From Chiloscyllium plagiosum (lineage: Eukaryota), in contig NC_057731.1 of the NCBI RefSeq assembly GCF_004010195.1, positions 30,517,314 to 30,581,313 on the forward strand: a DNA stretch of 64,000 bases, written 5' to 3'. Made by a program: the position numbers and the translations under genes. The notes under the pieces were generated by a model that saw only the letters and a program-made list of their open reading frames with translations, made no database searches and had not been told where the DNA came from. Positions 1 to 11,100 of the stretch are shown in pieces (positions within the stretch are counted from its first letter, which is position 1; every line of letters starts with the position of its first letter).

Positions 1-160
1 TTATCTTAGCCTGCTGGACACACTTTCCTCATTCCTGAAGACGGGCTTATGCCCGAAACGTCGATTCTCCTGTTCCTTGGATGCTGCCTGACCTGCTGCG
101 CTTTTCCAGCAACACATTTTCAGCTCTGATCTCCAGCATCTGCAGTCCTCACTTTCTCCA
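1..160 (+). mobile_element. 3' end of Penelope-like element (PLE) with minimal hammerhead motif
   Basis: Same terminal sequence (attcCTGAAGA..GGGCttatGCCC GAAACGTC..gatgctgcctgacctgctg) recurs at 36012, 32378(-) and 60315(-); the 35410 and 60255 copies carry PLE RT-like ORF fragments. Confidence 0.75.
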
Positions 161-164
161 CACA

Positions 165-1225
165 AATTTCAGCAAGACATTCAACAAGGTCCAGCATGGT
201 AGACTAGTTAACAAAGTTAGACCACATGGAATCCAATGGGTGCCAAGTCAATTAGATACAAAATTGACTTGAGACAGACAGCAAAGCTAAAGGGTTATTT
301 TTCAGACTGGTGGCCTGTGACCAGTGGTGTGCCAAAAGGAGCGGTACTGGGCCCATAGCTTTTCATCATTAATATAGATGATTTGGATGTAGATATAGGA
401 AGTATAGTTAGTAAGTTTGCAAATGACACCAAAACTGGTGATGTAATGGACAGTGAAGGAGGTTATCTTGGATTACACCAGGACCTTGATCAGATGGGCC
501 AAGTAGTGACACAAGTTTAATTTAGATAAATGTGAGGTGTTGCATTTTGCTAAGGCAAACCAGAGCTGGTAGAACTAAGGTAGTGTTGCCAGACAAAGAG
601 ACCTAATGATGCAAGTGCACCATTCCTTGAAAGGGATGTTGCAGGTAGACAGGGTGAAGGAGGAGGACAGTGCATTGAGTATAGGAGCGATGTCATGTTG
701 TGGCTGTACTGGACACTGGTTAGACCACTTTTAAAGTATTGCATTCAGTTCTGGAAAGGCATTGTTAAACTTGAAAAGGCTCGGAAAAGACTTACAAGGA
801 TTGAAAGGTTGAGCTATAGGGAAAGGCTGAATTGTCTGGCTTTTTCCCCTGAAGCGTGGGAGGCTGAGAGGTGACCTTATGGAGATTTATAAAATCATGA
901 AGGGCATGGATAGGGCAAATAGACAAGGTTGCTCCCCCCTCCCTTCTTCTCCTCCCCCTCCCAACCCAGGGTAGGGCAGTCTATAACTAGGAGGCATAGG
1001 TTTAAGGTCAGAGGGGAATGATTTAAAAGGGAACCTTTTCACACAGATGATGGTTCATGTATGCAACGAAATGCCAGAGGAAGTGGTTATTTAAATTACA
1101 ACATTTAAAAAAGCATCTGTTGGATGGATACATAAATAGGAAAGATTTGGGGATATGAGTCAAATGCGGGAAACAGGACCAGATAAGTTTAGGATATCTG
1201 GTCAGCATGGATGAATCTACACTCC
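165..1225 (+). mobile_element. Degenerate CR1-type LINE 3' fragment (RT and 3' UTR)
   Basis: Fragmentary RT motifs (FSKTFNKV.HGRL, SKFA.DTK, LY.TLVRP.L, LRGDL.E.YKIM.GMDR) broken by stops/frameshifts. Confidence 0.8.
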
Positions 1226-2229
1226 ACCATATCACAGACTTGCACACAAAATAATTTATGAGCAAAACACCTGGTTTTGGACTACTTTGTCTTTAAGCTG
1301 CTCATTAAAGAAGCTAGTTACCCCCATTTGTGTGTGTTTTTTTGGTACCAAAACATCATCATGACACTCTATACCAAGATTCCCTACCCATAATGATCAC
1401 TACACCATAAGGTTGCTATTTCCCATAGCATAACTGCTTTAAATTCCTGTAGACATGCCAGATATTGCTGAAGTAAGTAATAAGCACAATATCCTGTTCA
1501 TCAACCTACCAAATGCCAATTGTTCTGTCATCCATAATAACGTATTGTTGAAACACTTGTTCCAATGCATTCTGAGGCAGCATCCCACCCACCATGCTAT
1601 GCAAAACTGATACTCAGTACATCCCACAAGCTCCACTCAAAAACCACCCACCCTTATTAATCTACAAAGTCTTTAAAGGAACAACACACTCAATAGAAAT
1701 CCCTCATCCCTGTTCAAATTTCTTCATAAACTCTCATCATCTCTCCATCCCTCCAAAGTTTGCGGTTCCACAGTTGTAGTAAATTGTACATTTCCCTCTT
1801 CCATAAGGAATGACCTTTCAACAAAAAGGTTGAACTTTGTTTAAAAAAAGTTCTCCCACTTACAAATATGTTGCAGTAGACAGTCCAGCTGACAAACAAG
1901 ACAGCATGTTATTTCCAGAAAGAACATGTGCCCGGGTCAAAACACTGGTGCCCCTTGTTGCTCTTCTAGCACTGACACCATTTTGATTATGGGCAGTTAG
2001 CATCTCTGACTGTCAGTAACACAACAGAAACAAGGGGCAACCTGCTGTTGTTAATTATACATTTCTCTTCTATTTGTGTAAGTTATCAAAGCAGTAGTGA
2101 AGGAATTAGCCATACAAGCGTCAAATACTAGTTGAAGGAATTTTAAACATTGCGTGAAAAAACTAATAAAGGAATTATTGTTTGCAAAAGGCCACAATAT
2201 TTGGAAACTAGAATTGGACTATAGCCGAT

Positions 2230-2770
2230 CAACAAGATGGCCGCCACGTCAACCTGATGTGAATGCCGGCGCTCAATCTCAAGACTAAATTCCCAAAACC
2301 CAGATCCCCTTCATTTCGCTGGCTTTTGACTTGGCAGAAATGGGATAGCGATGTAACGATACATTCACTTCCCCCGACGCCAGAAAACTAGGGCGAACAG
2401 ACACGAAAATTGAGCCGCGTGCGGCAGCTCCGGCCTAGTGGTTACGGCGCCAGCGGCCTCCAGCACAATCCACGCCGGAGATGTGATGGAGAGAGACAGG
2501 GCCAGCCATGCAGCCGCGCACTATGTGAACAACCGGCCTTCAACTTCGCGTTTCCCATCCCCCGCTACCTACCTTCTCGTCCTCTCTATTTTGAACCTGA
2601 ACTCGAACCTCCGTTGATTTCACTCGGATTGTTCCAGAAGGCGCTGCCGCTGTACCCGTCCTGGCCGCTCCCAATCCTTTCTTCTGATTGGTCGGTTTGA
2701 ACACGGGCCGTTTTAGCGCCTATTTGCTTGGCGGATGTGATGTTAGGGCGCCTGGTCACGTGATTCCCTA
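2230..2770 (-). promoter_or_regulatory. CpG-island-like promoter, probably of BUB3 (non-coding first exon ending at donor AAG|GTAGGT 2573/2572)
   Basis: GC/CpG-rich; YY1-type CAAGATGGCCGCC 2233-2245; CCAAT boxes at 2671 and 2684-2695; CHR-like TTTGAA at 2590 and 2696; E2F-like TTTAGCGC ~2712; E-box GGTCACGTGA 2754-2763. Gene identity rests only on known HMX3-HMX2-BUB3 synteny. Confidence 0.6.
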
Positions 2771-5552
2771 TGCCTAGGTCAGTTCCTCAAAGCTGCAATA
2801 TCCCAACTTCAACTTGAACGAGGAGCATTTAAACACAAGGACATTTTTTAAATCAATGACGGAAAGGTCCTATAAAGGAACTATAAATTTTAAAATATAT
2901 TGTTGGATTTCTTTAGGGCAAAGCATACAACATTGTGACGTTGTGCAGCAACTTTGGAGAGATGCAACAGTTCAAATACTTTAAAAACATAGTGTTCATA
3001 AACATATAATATTAATGTCAATGTTAAAATTTTGTAACTTACTACATGCTTTTTTTATTTTCAATCACGAAGGAAGTAACCCTTTTTTAATGGAAATGCA
3101 ATACTGTAACGTGTACGCATAGAGATTATACCATAATAAATGAATGTTACCTTCCTGGGTGTTATCCAGATAATCAATACTTTGAGTTAATCTACATTTA
3201 TTATCAATGCATGTTCTTAAAGCTTATTGTCGCTCTTCATAAGATAGACATATACGTTTGAATTTATGTGGTTAACTTTCAATACATGTACTTCATTTTC
3301 TATAATTCAATGTTTTTGTTAATATTGTATTTGGAGTACCTGTTGTTATTGCTGTAAACGTAATTGCGCCCTTCTCAAAAATGATCCAACGAATTAATAT
3401 GACTGAAGATTTTGGAATTGTTTTCAATTGGTCATAATGGTTTTCTTGATGAAACACGCCCATTCTGTCTTTCAAAGCATTGTTTAAATTTGTCACGTTT
3501 GAGGATTGTATCTGTTTGAACTTTCTTGTTTAAATGCCTACAATGCTATACAAAGATGTCCTAATATACTGTCTTTAAGTCGCGTTTGATTCTAGCGAAG
3601 ACCTCACTTTCGTTGTGTACTCATTCACGTACACGCAAGTACAAAGTACATTATATTGAATAATATTGTACAATGGAAAATTTGAAACTATCATAATCTT
3701 CCTGCTGTCGCGCATCATGTTGATGAACTGTTACTATTTTTAAAGTAAGTTTTTTTAATTAAAATGATAGATTAGCAGGTGCTTTCTGTTTTCGGAAACT
3801 GTAAATTCGCTGTCTAACATTCCATCCTATAGTTCAAGCGCAAGTTAGACCTTGTCTTGACTGCCTTGTTATGCAACATGTTTATAACAATAACATTAAA
3901 AAATCCATAAGCACCTTTCAAATAAAAGAACCGCTTGTTATTTCAATTAAAATTCAATTGAGTAAAAATATAACCAAAGTGCCCTTTTCATAATGAAGGT
4001 GAATATTCAATTTAGTAAAAAGCAATAGAAGCACAAATGATCTTTGGAGAACATAGTATTGCAATCTTGAGAACGGGTAATTAAATGACAAACGATAAAT
4101 ATTATCGTAATTTGTTTTATGCTGATAGACAACAGAACTTGTTGCAAAAAGATATGGAGTTTCAAACTGGGTATAAGCATCTCATTTACGAATCATGTAC
4201 GTTGATCAGCAATTTCAACAATATTTGAAAATAATGATCATTCATCTTAGAAACGTCTTAGTAATATTTTCGCCAAGGAGAAATGTGAATGCATGTTTTA
4301 CAAAGTGGCGCATGACCGTAATAAAAATGCACATAAACCAAGTGAAAGTTTCTCCTCCAGATTTTCTTAATTATTTGTTGCATCCAAAATGTGTCGAAAT
4401 TATTATAATAAATATATTAAATTTAAATGTTAAGAGACGCACTACGCTAATTTGTCGATGATAAATGTAATTGTCAGTCACGAGCCTCAGTCTCCATAGT
4501 TAGTTCAAAACTTCAGTCTTGGCTCTTTTCTATTATTTAAGATTGTCATTCTGTTGCAGTGAATAATGTTTAACATTTTTGTTAATATTTTTGAAACTGA
4601 GTTTAATAGAGTGAAAAGGTATCTTTATAAATTATTTAAATAAAAAAAATGCCTCTCAACATTTTGTGAACACCCTGGATTAATCTTACCTTTACCCAAT
4701 GTACTATCCTGAACCGAAACTTACTCCTTATATCAAAGGTACTGAATTTAAGAATAGGAAAATATCTGAAGTATCCATATTTGGACGGTGTTATTGTATT
4801 ATTACTTTTATGTTTCAGGTTTATGTGTTCATTTTGTCATACAAATTATAAGATTTGAAAGTACTGCTTGTGAAAACTCCAAGCTATAACCTTTTGCTCA
4901 CGATCTTTCAGGCTCAGCTAAGACAAAAACATATTGCTTTGGAAATACAACTTTCCCGTAACAGTGCACATAACATTTAAGATATGTTTTCTCTGTTTCA
5001 GATTTTCAATGTATTAATATACCGCATCCTTAATGTAAATAACATTATGCCAGACTCTTTTGGTGAGTGAACCAAGTCTCAGTGTAAAAGAAAATGCATG
5101 AATATTATTTCTTCTGTGTCATTGTTGCCTATTCATTGCTCTTGTCAAAAATTCTATTATGTCACAATGAATTCCTATAATCAAAGTCCATCAATACCAT
5201 CAGATCGGAAATATATAGTGTGGTTCCCTGTTAGGCATGAAGAAATGTTCTTAAAACCCGTACTGTACATTTTTCGTCATGTGTGTTTTTCATATTCTGA
5301 TCGTTACGTTCGTATTAACGTTTTTATCATATTGCGCCCGTCTGTAATTTTAAGTATCTGATTTTCAAATAAATACTGCAAATAATCCATATATACACTG
5401 TATATTTAATACAATTTATAGAGAAGCACATTGTCTTTATAATTATGCAAGTGGCTGCATATAAGAAAGATATATTTTAAACAGATACGGATATTATATA
5501 AATATACAATTTAATTGTTAAACAATTATAAAGAGACGTGGAGCAGAAAATG

Positions 5553-6094
5553 TCAGTATTCGATTTTGTTGTAGAGATTGTAGAAGGGAAGAGCTGTAAG
5601 ATTGTTGCCTGGGTAGTACAAAGGAGCTGGGAATGCAATTGATCTGGGGACTGGAACCCTCAAAAGGGAATTGTCTCTGAAAACGAGAGGCATTCCGACC
5701 AGAGTCTGCGCTGACGCGTGGGCCATGTTGGCTGCCTCGAGTTCTGCTGAGAGCTGTCGCTTCCACTTGTTCCTGCGGTTCTGGAACCAGGTTTTGACCT
5801 GGGTCTCTGTAAGCTGGAGGCTGGTAGCGAGGCAGGCTCTTTCCGAGCTGCTAAGGTAACGCTTCATGTCGAAGGTGGATTCTAGTTGGTAGACTTGGCT
5901 GCGAGAGAAAACAGTGCGAGTTTTCTTCTTGGTCGGATTCCCTTGTCTGTCTCCCTCTCTCTGTCTGTCTGTTGATGTCTGCATGCAATTTTTCTCTTTC
6001 TCTTCCTTGTAAACCTGACCATCTTGCGACAGGTACTGCTGCTGCCTTCTCTCCGCACTTTCCTGGCCAGCGGTGCCAACTCCTTTAGTATTAC
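5553..6094 (-). CDS. HMX2: HMX2 (Nkx5-2) exon 2: homeodomain and C-terminus
   Basis: [59 protein letters not shown] followed by the HMX2-type tail [33 protein letters not shown]; acceptor ttttag| at 6095/6094, phase 1, open in frame to the homeobox. Confidence 0.97.
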
Positions 6095-7142
6095 CTAAAA
6101 ATCAAAAACAAATGGCATTTCTCAGATACATTCTTTGTGATCCTCATCTTTTCGCTATACCTATACCTCTAAATGAAAAGAAAATTCACTCGTACTGTCT
6201 ATGCGACCAGAATAATGGACTCATACAGAATTCACTATTTTTAAATTCTCCTTCATTCTGGAGCGTATGACATGCGTCACTCCCTGGAAGCTTCTTATGA
6301 GGAACTCCCTTTAAGTATAACGAAAATTATACAAAGTGTCAAAAAAGAATGAACTTTATTTAACACTTGGTGATAAGAAAACACGTTTCTAATTCTCTAG
6401 CTATCTCTGCAATGAATTAGCAAAGAACCCCAAACATGTCCCACCTATATTTACTGTCAGTCTTGCAAATCGCCGCTGTTTGGCTCGGTTAATCTGGCTT
6501 TGCAAACGCTCAGCTAAATATGACCACGAAGCGCATTGCCTAATTTCCATTGCAATAAACTGTGTTAAATTTGATTTCAATAAATAGTCGTGTAGATGTG
6601 TTATAATTCAGAGTCAATATGTTGTCAACGATGGAAGAAACAGAAGTTTTGTTGTCTTACCTGGGTTCCAGTCACCATGTAACTGTTAAACTTCATTCCC
6701 TGTATTCTATTTACTGAATGACCATGTTATTTTGTGTAATTTAGGTGCGGAAAACAAATTGAGTGAATGTTTTCTGTCCGCAGTAAGAAATCCCTTTACG
6801 TTTGCAAAATGCAGCTTTACCGACTAAATCCCATCCCAAATATAAACAGTCGGCTGATGGTATCTGATCTGCCCAGAGTTTTCAGCATTTTCACTTTTTA
6901 ATGTAAGAGTCGCTATTGACGTGGCCGATAATACTGGTGCCTGCTTGGACGTTAGCGATAATCGTGCAAGAGACAAGCATATACCATATAGGAAACTATA
7001 TAAGAGAGCGCTATAAACAAAATCCAATTCAAGGGGCAAAGGCATTGTATCTCTCAAACAAAATTATTTTTTCAAAGCTATTCGCCGAAAGAAGTAGAAG
7101 GTAATGATGCACCGTAAATATAAAGATTCTTGCTTCACTTAC

Positions 7143-7407
7143 TCACACAAGTGTAGCTGATAGTCTGGTGTCTGCGACAGGGCTCTGTGGGGCCAGAGTC
7201 AGAACAGAAGCAGGCGAGGTCTTTGTATCCTTCCTCGGTTAACTCTTCGTCCGAGGAGTCGGACAAACAGCGCTTCCTCGCATTTACCTTTGCATTGTCA
7301 TTGCAACCTGTGCGTTCTTCCTCCGACGAGGTCCCAAGTATGGACTGTATCGTAAAGCTGGAGATCGGGGCAGGGGAACACTTTGTGATGTCGTCTTTGT
7401 TGCTCAT
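7143..7407 (-). CDS. HMX2: HMX2 exon 1 (MSNKDD..., Eh1-like motif SSFTIQSILG)
   Basis: MSNKDDITKCSPAPISSFTIQSILG..RKRCLSDSSDEE..ACFCSD resembles the vertebrate HMX2 N-terminus; donor A|GTAAGT at 7143/7142 (phase 1) joins exon 2 in frame, giving 268 aa. Confidence 0.93.
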
Positions 7408-7579
7408 TCTGCGTTCATGAAAAAAGGAAAGAAACTTACTTACAATCGCTTGTAGGAGTGTGAGGCGCCGTAAATTGTTGTGGCTTTGTTCTGCAGTCGT
7501 TTTCCCTGAGCATGCACGGGCTGAATGCATTCTCGGCGTCCCGTAAACCTGTATTGATCTGCTGCCGAGGCAGTGGCGT

Positions 7580-7700
7580 TGGCTGATTTGCATGTAGGTT
7601 TGAGTTGCTGCAGCCAATCAAAAACAGCAGTCAGTCCCGGAAATTTTTGAACTTTACACAAGCTGAGGGATGATTAGGTTAAGCCAAGAATTTGATTGAT
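7580..7700 (-). promoter_or_regulatory. Putative HMX2 proximal promoter
   Basis: Octamer ATTTGCAT 7586-7593, NF-Y site CAGCCAATCA 7611-7620, ETS-like CCGGAA ~7637, PBX-type TGATTGAT 7693-7700, about 200-300 bp upstream of the ATG. Confidence 0.5.
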
Positions 7701-10700
7701 TGTTGATGTTTTGAGATGGTAAAAACATTCTTGCTTTGAAGAAAGATGATGCAATCCTAGGTGACAATAGATACTGCCCCGATAGGCACACGTGGTGACT
7801 CTGATGTGTTTAAAGTTTTACTGACCTAAAGGCTGCAGTACAGGTCAATGTGACTGGCCAGATCCTCGCCTCAGAGAAAACTATTTATTACTCCTTGAAA
7901 ATCAGAACTGAGGCTACTCACAGTTGCAGGCTTAAAAAGATTGGTGGTTTCAGTTAGTAAATGACTTGTACCTAAGGTTCTGGGGCGACGGTTAGGTAGG
8001 TAGTGGGTGTGGGCTAAGGTAAAGGCTGCCTAGTCGCGATGAAGCCGAATTTTCACAATCATGAAATGTTATTGGCGAATTTCAGGGTTAATACATTTCG
8101 CATGGGAAATTAACTCGCAAAATTCACGTTGTTTTACTTTTTGAAAGATCCAGAAAATACCAAAATGGTGAACACGTCTTCACCCCATTGAACCAGATTT
8201 GATCTGGCTTGATGCAAGCATTTCCGCTTTTATTTACAATGCAGTAGTGAGGATTGGTAGTGTGAGCAGTTACTAGACTGTGAGTGAAACAGATTGTAAC
8301 ATAGTGTTCCAAGCAAATAAAAATCAAGTTGGGATATGTTGCAATGTGCAAACCACGAAACAATTATTTCTTAAAAATACAAATAAGACTGCAGTTGAGT
8401 TTTCATGTCACGTTTAATGTAGGGGGAGACGAGGATCGTAATTTCATTTGAAGCCATTAATATTATAGTGGAAAATGGTGACAAATTCAGCAAATAGTAA
8501 AATACATTCGGGATTTGAATTACCGTAGTCTGATTTCATGTCTACGGTTGCAATTGTACGGTGGCTGCATATCGAGACCGTCACTTACTGACATTATGGA
8601 TCAAATCAGGCTACCAGTCTGTGGAAGATAGAATGGGTGGCCAATAGTCTTAAACCAGTAACAAACATTGATTGATTTTGGTTGATGATGATTTCTGATT
8701 GCTAAAGATGTGAATGGAACCTACTCTCATCTTATATCGTCCTTAACCGAAGGCTGAATAAGCTTGGTCACTTAGCGACGATCAAGTTTTGCGAAATAAC
8801 TAAACATAACATTAGGGTAGTACTATTGAATGGGAAAATGGTGGGCAAGTTTGGTTGAGGTGGAGCCATTTAAACGTTACCAAAGTCTGACTGCTAACTA
8901 AAGCGATCATTGTAAATTTGTTTCCCGGTTTGTCCAATCGTTTGGAGCTGGAAACAAGAGCCATCTAATATTGCACTCTAAGACTGGAGAACTGAAGGAT
9001 GCTTATTTTCCCTTAATGGTGGGTTTGGCATAAGAGTTGCGTTAACGCACGGTTGAATTTATGAATAGTTGATTTTGTAGTTTATAAACTGACTGAAAAC
9101 TAAGATTCAGTGTGGTTAGAGGGTCAGGAACCAGGTACAACAATTAGATTGGATGCACATTTCGTGGCGTCAGGCAGCATGGCGACGACGGGCAAGATGC
9201 AATACGAGATCGCAACAGACATTCGACAAATTATTGATATGACAGGAGGAAAAAGAAGATAAACAACTTAGTAAACGGAATTGATGCTAGTATTTTAAAA
9301 CTCATCGTTAGTATTCAATTGGACTGCGATTGCCAGTGGCCAGATACAGTTACTTGCCTTTCCTATTGGAATGGACGAGATTGAATAATTTATGTTAAAC
9401 GAACCCTCCTTTATGCTTGGATCGATGGTTAATTCGCCACGGAGATTATAGTGTTTTGGCCATTTCATGTTCCATTCCTGAGGTCAGGGATAGAAGCAAA
9501 CTAACTGGAATAAAGTTTCCGGAAGTTGAATTCATAAAAGCATTTGAAGAGCTGCATGTCTAGTTGTCGAAATAAAATTCCAGACGTTGAACTAAATAAA
9601 TAGAGATGTGCAGCTGGATATTTGTGGACTTGCATCTAATGTGTACTTAACAATTTATCAAATAATACGGATTGCGCATAAGTACTCAAGACCAAGCATA
9701 GAAAGCACATTTTAAAAACATCCACGTTATAATAAGTCTTAACCACGATTTCTAATCACTGTCACTGTATATGTTACTGACACTTCGCAATAGATCTTAT
9801 AGAACAGCGAAGTTGTACAACATTGGCAGCTGTTGTCAGAGACACAGTGAACAAAGTGTAGAGGTTTTCAAATGCCAACAGATATGCAAGCGCTAGTAAC
9901 ACACATGTATGTGGTGCACATTGGACAGTCAGTTGATTAGTGAATAAATTAATCAGTTCCTTGATCGATGACAAAATTTCCAACACCCCAGCTAGATTAG
10001 TTGAGGTAGATGTACATTAAGAAGTGGATTAATTTATGACTGTCTAATTGAATCCTGGGTTTAATTAAGGAACTCGCTGGTTAGCCGGTTGATCGAAGCC
10101 AGATGCACCTATCCCATAATCTGAGCATTTCCCGATGTACAGATATGTGAAAAATTGGAATAACACATTAACCGTACTGACCAGGCAGAGTTTATAGCAT
10201 GACATGATTTTGAAAAATGATAATAATGTCCTGATAATAAACACAAACTAGAAATTTGCTGATTAGATTTAAATCTCTTTCTAGGTACATTAACTCCCTC
10301 AAAGTATCGCATTACTGATTTGACTGGCAGTTCTAGCTTGCCCATAAAGTTGCTGGATTGTCGAAAGCTTAGCATGATCCCTTCTATTGATTATCTCATT
10401 ACAATGTGGAGTCTTGTAAGCATGAGATTAATTGAAGCTAACTTTTCAGTGGGCTGTAATGATCAACTACATAAAAAAAACACTGATCTGACTTATCCGA
10501 TAAGCAGGACTTTGACATCAAGCTTGACTTTCATCACAATTAGATTCATGTTATTTATAAATTACAGACCTTGGCGACTGAATCTTAACAGCTACCAAAA
10601 AGCATCTTGATTTATAAATATGCTTTGATTGTCATAGATATTTGGACCTTGCTCCAAAAGCGAGCGTTTTTATTACGTTAGACTAATTCCAAAACAGCAG

Positions 10701-10849
10701 TATCTAATAAAATTACTTCTTCATGTATCGTGTGTTATTTGTAAACGTGGATCTTGCTAATACTTTGCTTCTAACATTGAAGCTTTCTATATTAATCCCC
10801 AATCGATCTTATTAGAGTTCGACTTTGTTTACTTGATTATTGTGCTGGC

Positions 10850-11100
10850 TGCTGAAAGCTGACTGCGGAAAGGGCATGGTTAATTGATTGATTGACAGGG
10901 GCTGAGCTCTTGTCCTGCTCTGGGCGGCAGGTGTGAGAGCCCTGCACCGTTCTACCACATTAACCTTTTCATGCTTTCACGGGGTCGCGACACATTACAA
11001 ATGGTCAGCTTTAATCATTGTGTCAGCTCGTTAACGTGGCGCGCCCTTGCAAACAGCGCTGGATGATCAGTCTTCATTCCGCTTTCAGTCAGGCTTTGGG
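10850..11100. promoter_or_regulatory. Candidate intergenic enhancer / conserved non-coding element
   Basis: GC-richer island in AT-rich DNA with TTAATTG, TGATTGAT (10885) and the PBX-MEIS decamer TGATTGACAG (10889-10898), plus SOX-like CATTGT; conservation not tested. Confidence 0.45.

Noticed and set aside
1-2400. BUB3 coding exon expected from synteny
   Set aside because: No MTGSNEFKL-like or WD40 peptide seen on the minus strand; coding exons probably lie outside the window
8600-9150. Possible ancient CR1 3' remnants inside the TE-poor domain (also SINE-like words at 12770-12822)
   Set aside because: Similarity too faint to support by eye; it does mean the domain should be called TE-poor rather than strictly TE-free
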